A stretch of DNA of 33,038 nucleotides from Candidatus Omnitrophota bacterium. GTDB taxonomy: Bacteria; Omnitrophota; Gorgyraeia; 2-01-FULL-45-10. The DNA is taken from contig JAHFGO010000003.1 of NCBI GenBank assembly GCA_023247385.1, forward strand, positions 1-33,038, written 5' to 3'. This document shows, piece after piece, positions 1 to 8,368 of this stretch. Both the position numbers and the translations under genes were made by a program. The notes under the pieces are model-generated. The model saw only the letters and a list, made by a program, of their open reading frames with translations. It had not been told where the DNA came from and searched no databases. The stretch's first letter is position 1. Each line of letters starts with the position of its first letter.

Positions 1-560
1 CAAAAAGAAACTATTACAACCACAGTTTGGTTATTTATCCAGGAGATCGCGCCAAAGAAGAAAAGGGCAATTACCGATATTCCGGCTGACAGACCGTTCA
101 TATTGTCCAACAGATTAAAAGAGTTCGTCATGCCAATGACCCAAAGATAGGTAAAAATGAGATTCAAATAATAATTTCCAAAAAACGATAAGCGCAGGCC
201 GGATTTATATAAGATCATAGCCGCCAGAAATTGACCTAATAATTTTATATTTGGACCCATTCCCATCTTATCATCAATGAGCCCCAGCACTAACAATATT
301 GATGTGCCCGAAAGTATCGCTAGAATCTGACTCTTTTGACTAAGCATCACCACGTCCCATTGAGATAAGATGCCTATAAAAAAGGCAATAAATATAGCGA
401 CGCCGCCCAAAAGCGGAGTGGAGTGTGCATGTCTTTTATTGTTTTGTGGATAGTCGAGGTATCCCATCTTTAATGCCACCACGCGCATAAGGGGCGTTAA
501 TAATAGGGAGACCACTGCGGTAGTTATAAATACCTCTAATATGTCAGCCGCCCTTAACAT
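1..560 (-). CDS. Polyprenyl-phosphate HexNAc-1-phosphate transferase, MraY/WecA family (N-terminal ~186 aa; the 3' end runs off the window)
   Basis: Absent from the ORF track because it is truncated by the window edge. Manual minus-strand translation from the ATG at 560-558 gives MLRAADILEVFITTAVVSLLLTPLMRVVALKMGYLDYPQNNKRHAHSTPLLGGVAIFIAFF...LGLIDDKMGM...YLWVIGMTNSFNLLDNMNGLSAG. It is polytopic and carries the P..RK.H...P.LGG, IDD and NxxNxxDxxxGL blocks typical of WecA/MraY-type phosphoglycosyltransferases. The ATG lies 2 nt after the upstream stop. Confidence 0.75.
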   Translation of the reverse strand, partial: MLRAADILEVFITTAVVSLLLTPLMRVVALKMGYLDYPQNNKRHAHSTPLLGGVAIFIAFFIGILSQWDVVMLSQKSQILAILSGTSILLVLGLIDDKMGMGPNIKLLGQFLAAMILYKSGLRLSFFGNYYLNLIFTYLWVIGMTNSFNLLDNMNGLSAGISVIALFFFGAISWINNQTVVVIVSF

Positions 561-562
561 TT

Positions 563-1531
563 CTACCTTTGAAAATATTTTATAGTTTGTGTCAATATCC
601 CATCTATGTCGATTTTAGGGGAAAACCCTATCAATTTTTTTATTTTGGATATGTCCGGGCATCTATGTCTCATATCTTCAAAACCCTTTTCATAAGCCTT
701 TTCGTATGGGATATGGAGTATCTTGGATTTGGATTTGGTGAGCTTGAGCACCTTCTTCGCAAGTTCATTTATAGAGATCGCGTTGGGATTGCCTATATTA
801 AATATCTCACCTATCGATTTTTTATTTTCAGAAAGTTCAATGAGCGCCTTTACGACATCCTTGACGTAAGTAAAACTTCTTGTCTGATTACCATCGCCAT
901 ATATCGTGAGCGGTTGACCGAGGAGGGCCTGTTTAATCAGCCTAGGTATGACCATCCCATACCGCCCGGTCTGCCTTGGGCCGCATGTGTTAAAAAACCT
1001 GACTATGATGACTGGCAGTTTCTTTTCACGCCAGTATGCCAACGCTAAAAATTCATCGATCGCCTTGGTGCATGAGTAGCTCCATCTCGTAATGGTTGTC
1101 GGGCCTAGCACCCTGTCATCATCTTCGTTAAACGACCTTTTACCAGGCCTATCTTTCCCATAGATTTCTGAGGTCGATGCCAGAACTACCTTCTTCTTGC
1201 CAGATATATTAGCCAGCTCCAAGATAATTTCTGTGCCCTGGACGTTTATCTGAATAGATTCAAGCGGATTATCGATGATGTATTCTACTCCAACCGCTGC
1301 CGCTAAATGATAGATCACGTCGCATTTTTTGATAAGTCGTCCCATCAGATTTCTATTCATAATGGTATCGATATGATAGAAAAATCCTGGATTCGCTTTA
1401 AGGTGATTTATGTTCTCCATGGTTCCAGTTGAAATGTCATCAACTATTATAACCTCTTGCTTTCGCCTCAAAAGTTCTTCTGCTAAGTGCGACCCTATAA
1501 AGCCGGCGCCACCGGTGATGAGACTTCTCAT
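563..1531 (-). CDS. Extended SDR resembling the ArnA C-terminal domain (NDP-sugar / UDP-glucuronate oxidative decarboxylase; epimerase-dehydratase family)
   Basis: 322 aa with an ATG start. Motifs: GGAGFIGSHL Rossmann, STSEIYG...YSCTK catalytic S/Y/K, FFNTCGPRQ, YGDGNQTRSF. From memory of E. coli ArnA, three blocks line up with its decarboxylase domain: KKCDVIYHLAA, GPTTITRWSYSCTK (ArnA GPVNKPRWIYSVSK) and YEKGFEDMRHRCPDISK (ArnA YGKGYQDVEHRKPSI). Confidence 0.7.
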   Translation of the reverse strand: MRSLITGGAGFIGSHLAEELLRRKQEVIIVDDISTGTMENINHLKANPGFFYHIDTIMNRNLMGRLIKKCDVIYHLAAAVGVEYIIDNPLESIQINVQGTEIILELANISGKKKVVLASTSEIYGKDRPGKRSFNEDDDRVLGPTTITRWSYSCTKAIDEFLALAYWREKKLPVIIVRFFNTCGPRQTGRYGMVIPRLIKQALLGQPLTIYGDGNQTRSFTYVKDVVKALIELSENKKSIGEIFNIGNPNAISINELAKKVLKLTKSKSKILHIPYEKAYEKGFEDMRHRCPDISKIKKLIGFSPKIDIDGILTQTIKYFQR

Positions 1532-1536
1532 TATTT

Positions 1537-2721
1537 TTAAACCCCCTTAGACCTTGTTATTTTTTTCTCAAAGCACGCGTCGTATAAGTTCTCGATATCG
1601 TTCAGCAAGCGCTTTTTCGAATATTTTTCTATCGCAAGTTCTCTACCGCGTCGCCCGAATCTCAATCTTGTTTCTTTATCATCCAAAAGGCTAAAAAGTT
1701 TGTTTGAAAAATCTTCTGTATTATTACTTTTGACCAAGAACCCATTCTCGCCATTTACAATTAAATCCCTTACTCCGCCGACATCCGTTGCAACAACAGG
1801 CCTGCCAGCCGCCATTGCTTCTATAAGAGAAACTGGTGTCCCCTCACTCAGCGAGGTAAGGCTGACTATATCCAGATCTGCATAAATAGAATATAATTCG
1901 CGTTTCCATCCTGTAAAGATAACCAGCTTCTCGATATCCAGTTTCTTCACATGTTCCCGCAATGCATTGCCAAGTTCCCCGTCGCCTATAATCACAAACA
2001 TCACCTTGATAGGCAAGTTCCTATTTATGATATTTTTTGCAACGGCCAAAAACATTCTATGATTTTTGATCGGGACAAGCCTCCCTACGATGCCTACGAG
2101 AACCGCATTGGTTGATATCCCTCGTTCTTTTCTGAAAATTCCCCTCATCTCTTCACAGTGTGAAAATTTCTCCAAGTCAAGCCCAAGCGGCATAACGATA
2201 CATTTGGATGCTTTTACAATTTTTAGCTTATTTACTATATCATTTTTTATCTGCTCGCTGACTACGATGATCTTATCGGTAAAAAGCGCCAAGAATTTTT
2301 CTATTGCCAGAAATAACCTCATCCTGACCGAATCGAAATATCCATTAAAGATATGGCCGTGGAAAGTATGAATCTTTATGGGCACGCCGGAAAGTACCGC
2401 TGCCAGCCTACCTAATAAACCTGCCTTAGATGCATGAGTGTGAACTATATCGGGCTTTTCTTTCTTCAATAGAAAGTACAATTTAAATAGGACCTTTAAA
2501 TCATTCTTTAAAGATATCTCTCGTTTAAGTTCGGGCAGGAAGAGCGGCTTAAGATTTTTGTCCTTAGCTAAATCGGACATATTTCCTTCCAATGCTGACG
2601 CCTTTCCGTATATTAATATATCCTTATAACCATCTTTGTTCAGCGCCTCTGATAAGAGAACGGTATGGAGAGCGGGCCCGCCAATATTAAGCCTTGATAT
2701 TATCCTTACTATCTTTTTCAT
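1537..2721 (-). CDS. GT-B fold glycosyltransferase, family 4 (GT4)
   Basis: 394 aa with an ATG start. The C-terminal EGTPVSLIEAMAAGRPVVATDVGGVRDLI block is the E-x7-E retaining GT4 signature. The N-terminal GGPALHTV and HTHASKAG blocks are typical of the GT4 N-domain. Confidence 0.85.
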   Translation of the reverse strand: MKKIVRIISRLNIGGPALHTVLLSEALNKDGYKDILIYGKASALEGNMSDLAKDKNLKPLFLPELKREISLKNDLKVLFKLYFLLKKEKPDIVHTHASKAGLLGRLAAVLSGVPIKIHTFHGHIFNGYFDSVRMRLFLAIEKFLALFTDKIIVVSEQIKNDIVNKLKIVKASKCIVMPLGLDLEKFSHCEEMRGIFRKERGISTNAVLVGIVGRLVPIKNHRMFLAVAKNIINRNLPIKVMFVIIGDGELGNALREHVKKLDIEKLVIFTGWKRELYSIYADLDIVSLTSLSEGTPVSLIEAMAAGRPVVATDVGGVRDLIVNGENGFLVKSNNTEDFSNKLFSLLDDKETRLRFGRRGRELAIEKYSKKRLLNDIENLYDACFEKKITRSKGV

Positions 2722-2740
2722 ATTTCGTTAAATATACACT

Positions 2741-3991
2741 TTATATCGACAGCAGCTTGATTTTCCTTAGCAACAACTCATAGGACTCGTTTATACCATA
2801 GCTAAAAAATATAATCAGTAGAGGTTCTACGAGCCATCTATGTCTTCCCTCTACGTAGAATAAGCTCTGCGTCAAAAAAATTGCCATGAAGATGAAAATT
2901 ATTAACCAAACGCTCCCTTTTATAACCTTTTCTCCAGACGCAAGCGAAAGGATTAAGCCTAAGATAGAAAAACCCAGTAAGATTGAATATAGATACCTGT
3001 AGATAATAAAATATGGCTTTGGATATATGATGCCGCTTTGTGGAGAAAACCACCAAAAATAATATATTTTCGTAATATACCGTTTTATAAAACCCAATGG
3101 GTCTTTTCGTATGAAATACATGGCTTCTTTCTCGAAGAAATTTTTTTGGCCAATTTCATCAAGCGCAAATACTTTTTTTCGAAACTCTTCTGGCCATAGT
3201 TCAATTATGGTCTTGCCTTCCTTATTAAATGACGTGCCGACTGCATACTTGTTATTTCCTCGCCACAGGTTCTCGCCGGTAGTTGAGACTATAAATATGA
3301 ATCTTTTATGAATGACATAATTTCTAATTATCCAAGGCGTTATGACAATAAACGCCGCGATCGCAAAGAATATGATAATCTTAAACTTTTCATGCAATGC
3401 CAGACGGGTTATAAACAAGATAAAATATAAACTCAAAAACGGTATGAGCGCCCATATAATGCCACGGCTTAGCGCGCCCAGACCAACCATCATTCCGAGT
3501 AACGATATATTTAAGATACTTGGTCTATCTTTAAATTTCAAAACCAATAACGCAGCGGTTGCTATCAAGAATGAATCTATGCTTAAAGGTATTAAATTGA
3601 ACACATCGTAATATATAAAGCCCGGGTGGAAGCTGACAATAATTGCCGACATAAAAGCCACTTTCTCATCAAATATAATCTTTGCTATCTTGAATATCAC
3701 GAGCGCTAAAAACATAGTAAAAAGTGACTGAGCTAACAACACTGCCAGATAACTATGGTTGGTCAGAATATATATACCTGCGCATAGAAAACTATATAAT
3801 GGCGCGTTGAGGGACCTATACGGAACATCGAAGAAATAAAACAAAAACCCCTTTCCAGATAACAGGTTATTAACTATGACCTCATATTCCCACGTCACTG
3901 GATGTATGTATGTCTTGAAAATTATTATTAAAGTCAGCCTGACTGCTAATGCCATGCTTAATATGATAAACAACTTATCTTTTGTAGTCAT
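2741..3991 (-). CDS. Polytopic GT-C type glycosyltransferase, ArnT/PMT_2-like (GT39/GT83-like)
   Basis: 416 aa with at least 9 strongly hydrophobic segments. The first loop after TM1 carries acidic residues followed by a PMT_2-like block (VTWEYEVIVNNLLSGKGF...APLYSFL). A later soluble loop reads NLWRGNNKYAVGTSFNKEG. It lies 9 nt downstream of a B12-radical SAM and ArnC-like GT2 pair. Confidence 0.55.
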   Translation of the reverse strand: MTTKDKLFIILSMALAVRLTLIIIFKTYIHPVTWEYEVIVNNLLSGKGFLFYFFDVPYRSLNAPLYSFLCAGIYILTNHSYLAVLLAQSLFTMFLALVIFKIAKIIFDEKVAFMSAIIVSFHPGFIYYDVFNLIPLSIDSFLIATAALLVLKFKDRPSILNISLLGMMVGLGALSRGIIWALIPFLSLYFILFITRLALHEKFKIIIFFAIAAFIVITPWIIRNYVIHKRFIFIVSTTGENLWRGNNKYAVGTSFNKEGKTIIELWPEEFRKKVFALDEIGQKNFFEKEAMYFIRKDPLGFIKRYITKIYYFWWFSPQSGIIYPKPYFIIYRYLYSILLGFSILGLILSLASGEKVIKGSVWLIIFIFMAIFLTQSLFYVEGRHRWLVEPLLIIFFSYGINESYELLLRKIKLLSI

Positions 3992-4000
3992 CTAAACGCC

Positions 4001-5431
4001 TTAATTGAAGATGAAGCGATTTAAATATTTAACCCCTTTTGAACAGATTTGCGATATACCTTTCAAGCCGTGTCTTCTGACCATACTCATGATCACCGAT
4101 GGCTTCGAATAAAATGTCCTATAAATACTCCTATAACCATCTTCGAGCTCTTCGCGCGATAATGTGCTCGGGATGAATGAGATATGATGCCCTGTCCTGT
4201 TTGAGTAATCCCCTAATAACGTGCCTTTATTTTCTATGCCGTGGTATATGGGCGAACCCGGAAACGGAACGAAATACCACAAAAACATGTAATCCAGATC
4301 GATCTTTTTTATCAGATCGATCGTATCCGATATAGATTCTTTGTCTTCACCGGGGCCGCCGATTATAAAGGAACCTGCAAGCGAAATACCGCCATCCATA
4401 ATCATCCTACATTTTTCAGGTAATTCATCAAGGTGCAATTTTTTATTATAGACGTTTAACATCTTTGATGAGCCAGATTCGATCCCGAATATGACGCTGC
4501 GGCATCCAGCATCATACAGCGCTTTACCGGTATATGAATCTACGCTGTCTGCGCGCATTGAGCAGCTCCATGTGATATTATATTTCAGGAATTTATCTCT
4601 CAGCAGTTCGCATATCTCATTAAATCTATTTTTAGTAATGCAGAAATTTTCATCGGCCAAGTCGAGACAATTTACTTTGAATTTTTTAAACAGCATATCG
4701 ATCATCTCTGAAAGATAATCGATGCTGTAAAATCTGACATTTCTGCCGAGCACAGTACGGTCACAGAAGGTGCATGCGAATGGGCATCCGCGCGCAGTGA
4801 TGATGGGAAGATTGATATCTCTTTTTTCTTTATATAGGGCGGGCGAATAAGGGGAAAGGGTAATATGATCGAAAATCGGAAAGGACAATTTATTAACATC
4901 CGTTATCGTATTGCTGCTGCCTAGTGTTATCAAATTTTTCTCTTTTCTAAATATCACTCCATTGATGCCCGCCGGGCCTCGCCCTTCTTTTAAAGCCCTC
5001 ATCACCTCGACTATGGCCTCCTCGGCTTCCCCCAATATGCCGATATCGATCTCAGGACATTCGTTCATCGTCTCTTGAGGAACGGCGGTAAAATGAACTC
5101 CTCCGACAATTATTTTTATCTTAGGCTCAAGTTTTTTTATCAACGATATGAGTTTCAAAGACTTATTTACAAGAAACGTAAAGTGGACGGCTACCCCTAC
5201 GAATTCCGGATTCATCTCAACGATATTTTTAGCCAGCATCTCGATGCTTTCCGTCCCGTATGACAAATCCAACAGCCTAGTATTGATATTCGCCTTTGCG
5301 AGGCTGGCTGCTAAATAGACTAGATTTATAGGTGTTCCATATTGTCCCACAAAATCTAACAGGCCAAAATTTTCCTCTAACCCAAATGGAGGGCTGGTTA
5401 AAACAATGCCCAGCTTCTGTCCGTTCAGCAA
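4001..5431 (-). CDS. B12-binding-domain radical SAM protein (class B type)
   Basis: 476 aa. The CxxxCxxC motif occurs in ITARGCPFACTFCDR. An N-terminal Rossmann-like cobalamin-binding-type region is present (IIVGGVHFTAVPQE...GEAEEAIVEV). The start is a TTG at 5431-5429 that overlaps the upstream stop by 7 nt, preceded by AAGGAAG. Confidence 0.8.
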   Translation of the reverse strand: MLNGQKLGIVLTSPPFGLEENFGLLDFVGQYGTPINLVYLAASLAKANINTRLLDLSYGTESIEMLAKNIVEMNPEFVGVAVHFTFLVNKSLKLISLIKKLEPKIKIIVGGVHFTAVPQETMNECPEIDIGILGEAEEAIVEVMRALKEGRGPAGINGVIFRKEKNLITLGSSNTITDVNKLSFPIFDHITLSPYSPALYKEKRDINLPIITARGCPFACTFCDRTVLGRNVRFYSIDYLSEMIDMLFKKFKVNCLDLADENFCITKNRFNEICELLRDKFLKYNITWSCSMRADSVDSYTGKALYDAGCRSVIFGIESGSSKMLNVYNKKLHLDELPEKCRMIMDGGISLAGSFIIGGPGEDKESISDTIDLIKKIDLDYMFLWYFVPFPGSPIYHGIENKGTLLGDYSNRTGHHISFIPSTLSREELEDGYRSIYRTFYSKPSVIMSMVRRHGLKGISQICSKGVKYLNRFIFN

Positions 5432-6375
5432 TTTATTTCTTCCTTCACCGTATAAACAGATTTTTTTGTAGTCTCATAATATATGCGTATATTGAGCTCT
5501 GCCAGTAAACCTATGAATATGATCTGTGTCCCCAAAATGAACAGAAAGACCGCCAGCAATAACAGGGGATTTCTGTGCACCCAGAATCCCCACATGAACT
5601 TCTGAAACAGCGTAAACATTCCGCACAGCGTTCCCAGCACCATTAAAAGGATTCCCCATCCCCCAAAAAAATATAAAGGACTCGTTGAATAGTTGCCCAA
5701 AAGGAATTTCACAGTTATCAGGTCAAAGATAACCTTAAGCATCCTGTTCATTCCATATTTGGAATTCCCCCATTTGCGCTCTCTGTGATGTACTTCGACT
5801 TCCGCTATCTTCCCACCCTGCCAGTAAACATATAATGGCATAAATCGGTGCATCTCTCCATATAGATTTATATTTTTTAGAAAATCTTTTCTATAGGCCT
5901 TTAAGGTGCAGCCATAATCATGCAATTTTAGACCAGTCGATGCGGATATTATATAATTGGCTATTAAGGAGGGAAGCCGCCTCTTTATGAAAGGCTCTTT
6001 TCTTTTTCTTCTCCATCCGCTTACTAAATCATAACCATCCCTTATTTTTTGCATAAGAGAAATGATATCCTGCGGGTCATTCTGCAGGTCTGCGTCCATC
6101 GTCATGATATAGCTGCCTTTGGAATAATCGATCCCTGCGGCTATCGCTGACGTCTGTCCATAATTTCTTCTAAATATAATCCCTTTCACGTTACTATCGC
6201 TCTTCGCTGTTTGCCTTATCATCGCCTCGCTCTTATCGGTGCTGCCATCATCAACGAAGATGATCTCATAAGGGTCCTTCGATTTCGACAAAACGCCTTT
6301 TAGCTCATTATAAAGATGGGGGAGGTTTCCCTCTTCATTATATACAGGTATTACAATTGAAATAAGAGCCGCCAT
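5425..6375 (-). CDS. Polyprenyl-phosphate glycosyltransferase, GT2, ArnC/GtrB/DPM1-like, with two C-terminal TM helices
   Basis: Blocks that match remembered E. coli ArnC: VIPVYNEE, DDGSTD, RRNYGQTSAIAAG, MDADLQNDP, DYGCTLKAYR, HHRERKWGNSKY. Two hydrophobic helices follow (LYFFGGWGILLMVLG... and LLLLAVFLFILGTQIIFIGLL). I place the start at the ATG at 6375 (MAALISIVIP) because GAGAGGTGG lies 5 nt upstream. The ORF-track start at 6390 is a GTG five codons further up. Confidence 0.85.
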   Translation of the reverse strand: MAALISIVIPVYNEEGNLPHLYNELKGVLSKSKDPYEIIFVDDGSTDKSEAMIRQTAKSDSNVKGIIFRRNYGQTSAIAAGIDYSKGSYIMTMDADLQNDPQDIISLMQKIRDGYDLVSGWRRKRKEPFIKRRLPSLIANYIISASTGLKLHDYGCTLKAYRKDFLKNINLYGEMHRFMPLYVYWQGGKIAEVEVHHRERKWGNSKYGMNRMLKVIFDLITVKFLLGNYSTSPLYFFGGWGILLMVLGTLCGMFTLFQKFMWGFWVHRNPLLLLAVFLFILGTQIIFIGLLAELNIRIYYETTKKSVYTVKEEINC

Positions 6376-6398
6376 ATCCACCTCTCTCACAAGTAGCG

Positions 6399-7583
6399 CT
6401 AATATAAATCGATATCTGAATCACCATATGTCAAATACCAATTCTTTCTATCTTGAAGGAATGAACCATTTTTATTTATCATCCCCTCATTCAATAAATG
6501 TATAAGGAACCTATCATTAGATTTTATATTGATAAAACCTGACGTTCTGACAGTCCGTTGTATTACGGGACTTAAAGAATCGCATCTCACAAGATCTACC
6601 CTGCCATTAAAATCTTGAAGAGCCGTGTTGAGAAGAGAGACGCCGATATTCTTTTCCTTCGGATCAAAGAAGATATCAGAGATTATCCCTACTTTTAATC
6701 CGCCGAATCTGATGTTATCGCTCTTAACGTTAGCTTCTCGTATTACAGCATAGCCTCTTAAGCCGCCTTTTATCTCTGCGGTTAATATCTTATAGCGCCG
6801 ATATGGTTGATCTATAAATCTCCATTTCAGCATGCCCTTGTCTCTAGTCGCTATGCATGTGGATTGTTTTGAAGCCTCTAGCCAAAAACTATCAAACCCT
6901 TCATCGAAATTCACAGCTTCTGAAACCTCAACATTTTCATTCTTATGGAATCTATTCCAAAGATGCGATAATTTAAATATTGCATTTATTGTGACATGTA
7001 AAAATGGTCGCATAAGTTCCATATCAATGCTCTTTTCTAATATATTTTTAAAATTTAGCGGATATACGCTTCTATTGATAGCCCCCATGTCAAGGAAACC
7101 TGCCTTTTTGAATAGATCGTATGAGCGTTCATTTGTACCAGCCGCCATTACTATATCAATAAGGCCATTTAATTTTTTTAATGCGTGTTGAATTAAAGAG
7201 TGACCGATACCCATATTTCTGAAAAGGGGTAATATTATAAAATCCTGAAACCAACCGCCTTTATAAGTCTCTTGTCCAACTTTCAAATCTATCGGCATCA
7301 CGCAGATTTGACCAACCATTTTATCCCTGAACCGACAGATCCAAATAATAGGTTTCCACCTTACCATGGTTGGATTATCCAGATATTTCCAGTCCCAAAA
7401 CTTCTTCACCATTTCGCGCTTTTCGAATTTATCACGGTTGAACTGGTCTTTATATGCAACCATTAAAAAATCTATATATTCCTCTTTATCCGCAAGAGAT
7501 AGATTTTCAAATTCCACTTTTGGCTCATTATCGGATAATAAGAGTCCCTCAGTCCTTACAGAGTTCTTCTTATCTTCTGCCAT
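6399..7583 (-). CDS. GNAT-family N-acyltransferase with an additional C-terminal domain
   Basis: 394 aa with an ATG start. The GNAT motif A is LFRNMGIGHSLIQHALKKL, preceded by a beta-strand block GQICVMPIDLKV. About 200 further residues are of unrecognised fold. The gene overlaps the upstream CE4 gene by 28 nt. Confidence 0.6.
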   Translation of the reverse strand: MAEDKKNSVRTEGLLLSDNEPKVEFENLSLADKEEYIDFLMVAYKDQFNRDKFEKREMVKKFWDWKYLDNPTMVRWKPIIWICRFRDKMVGQICVMPIDLKVGQETYKGGWFQDFIILPLFRNMGIGHSLIQHALKKLNGLIDIVMAAGTNERSYDLFKKAGFLDMGAINRSVYPLNFKNILEKSIDMELMRPFLHVTINAIFKLSHLWNRFHKNENVEVSEAVNFDEGFDSFWLEASKQSTCIATRDKGMLKWRFIDQPYRRYKILTAEIKGGLRGYAVIREANVKSDNIRFGGLKVGIISDIFFDPKEKNIGVSLLNTALQDFNGRVDLVRCDSLSPVIQRTVRTSGFINIKSNDRFLIHLLNEGMINKNGSFLQDRKNWYLTYGDSDIDLY

Positions 7584-8368
7584 AGTTCATACCAATCATA
7601 GGCGCCTTCTAACTCTTTTGCAAACTCATATTTATCATCGAACCAGGATATGCGCGTTCGCCTCATCAGGTAGGGATCGCTCTCGATGGTATTAGAGCCG
7701 GCTATTGTGGTGAATGCTGCTTTATACCCTGCGGATTTCACCGCATCCACAGCACTTTTATCAAAAGACCCATAGCAACCAAATGGATATGCAAAAAGAT
7801 CTATTGTGGTCCTGAGATGATCTTCTAAGATGTTTTTTGATAGGCCCATCTCATTCTTCAGCTCATTTGTTTCTAGGCGATGCAGCTTCTTATGACTTAA
7901 AGAATGCGAACCGAAAGAGAATATGCCCATCGCTGTCAACTCCATGAGGTCATCCCAGTTAAGCCATTGCTCGCTCCTTCCGATAAAATTTACGGTTAAA
8001 AATATCGTCGCCCTAAACCCATATCGCGCTAAGATGGGCGCGGCATTAGTCAGATTGTCTTTAAAACCGTCATCGAATGTTATGCATATTGTTTTTGGAG
8101 GCATCTCTTTGTTTTCCTTTATGTTATCAATCATCTCGCCGCATGGTATGACAGAGTAACTATTTTCATTTAAGTATCTCATCTGTTCTTTAAAGAGCTC
8201 CTTGGGCGTTGTCATCTGATAGTTATCGTCTCCGATAAGGTCATCTGTTATCGAATGATAGGTCAACACACGGAATTCTCCCCTTGCGACATCTAAAATG
8301 GTTCGGAATGGATTAAAATGAAAGGCTATATTTGCTATTGTCTTTTTCAATGTCAGTTTTTTATCCAT
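7556..8368 (-). CDS. Polysaccharide deacetylase, NodB-homology / carbohydrate esterase 4 family
   Basis: 270 aa. NodB motif 1 is ICITFDDGFKDN, the metal-binding motif is FGSHSLSHKKL, and a later block is AYPFGCY. Its ATG directly abuts the upstream stop (TAGATG). Confidence 0.8.
   Translation of the reverse strand: MDKKLTLKKTIANIAFHFNPFRTILDVARGEFRVLTYHSITDDLIGDDNYQMTTPKELFKEQMRYLNENSYSVIPCGEMIDNIKENKEMPPKTICITFDDGFKDNLTNAAPILARYGFRATIFLTVNFIGRSEQWLNWDDLMELTAMGIFSFGSHSLSHKKLHRLETNELKNEMGLSKNILEDHLRTTIDLFAYPFGCYGSFDKSAVDAVKSAGYKAAFTTIAGSNTIESDPYLMRRTRISWFDDKYEFAKELEGAYDWYELWQKIRRTL

Noticed and set aside
7556-8368. Calling the CE4 gene a true ArnD ortholog.
   Set aside because: Its motifs (TFDDG, HSLSH) are classical NodB/PgdA type. 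As I remember it, E. coli ArnD has a divergent N-terminal motif (RIDVDT). I therefore keep only a possible functional analogy.
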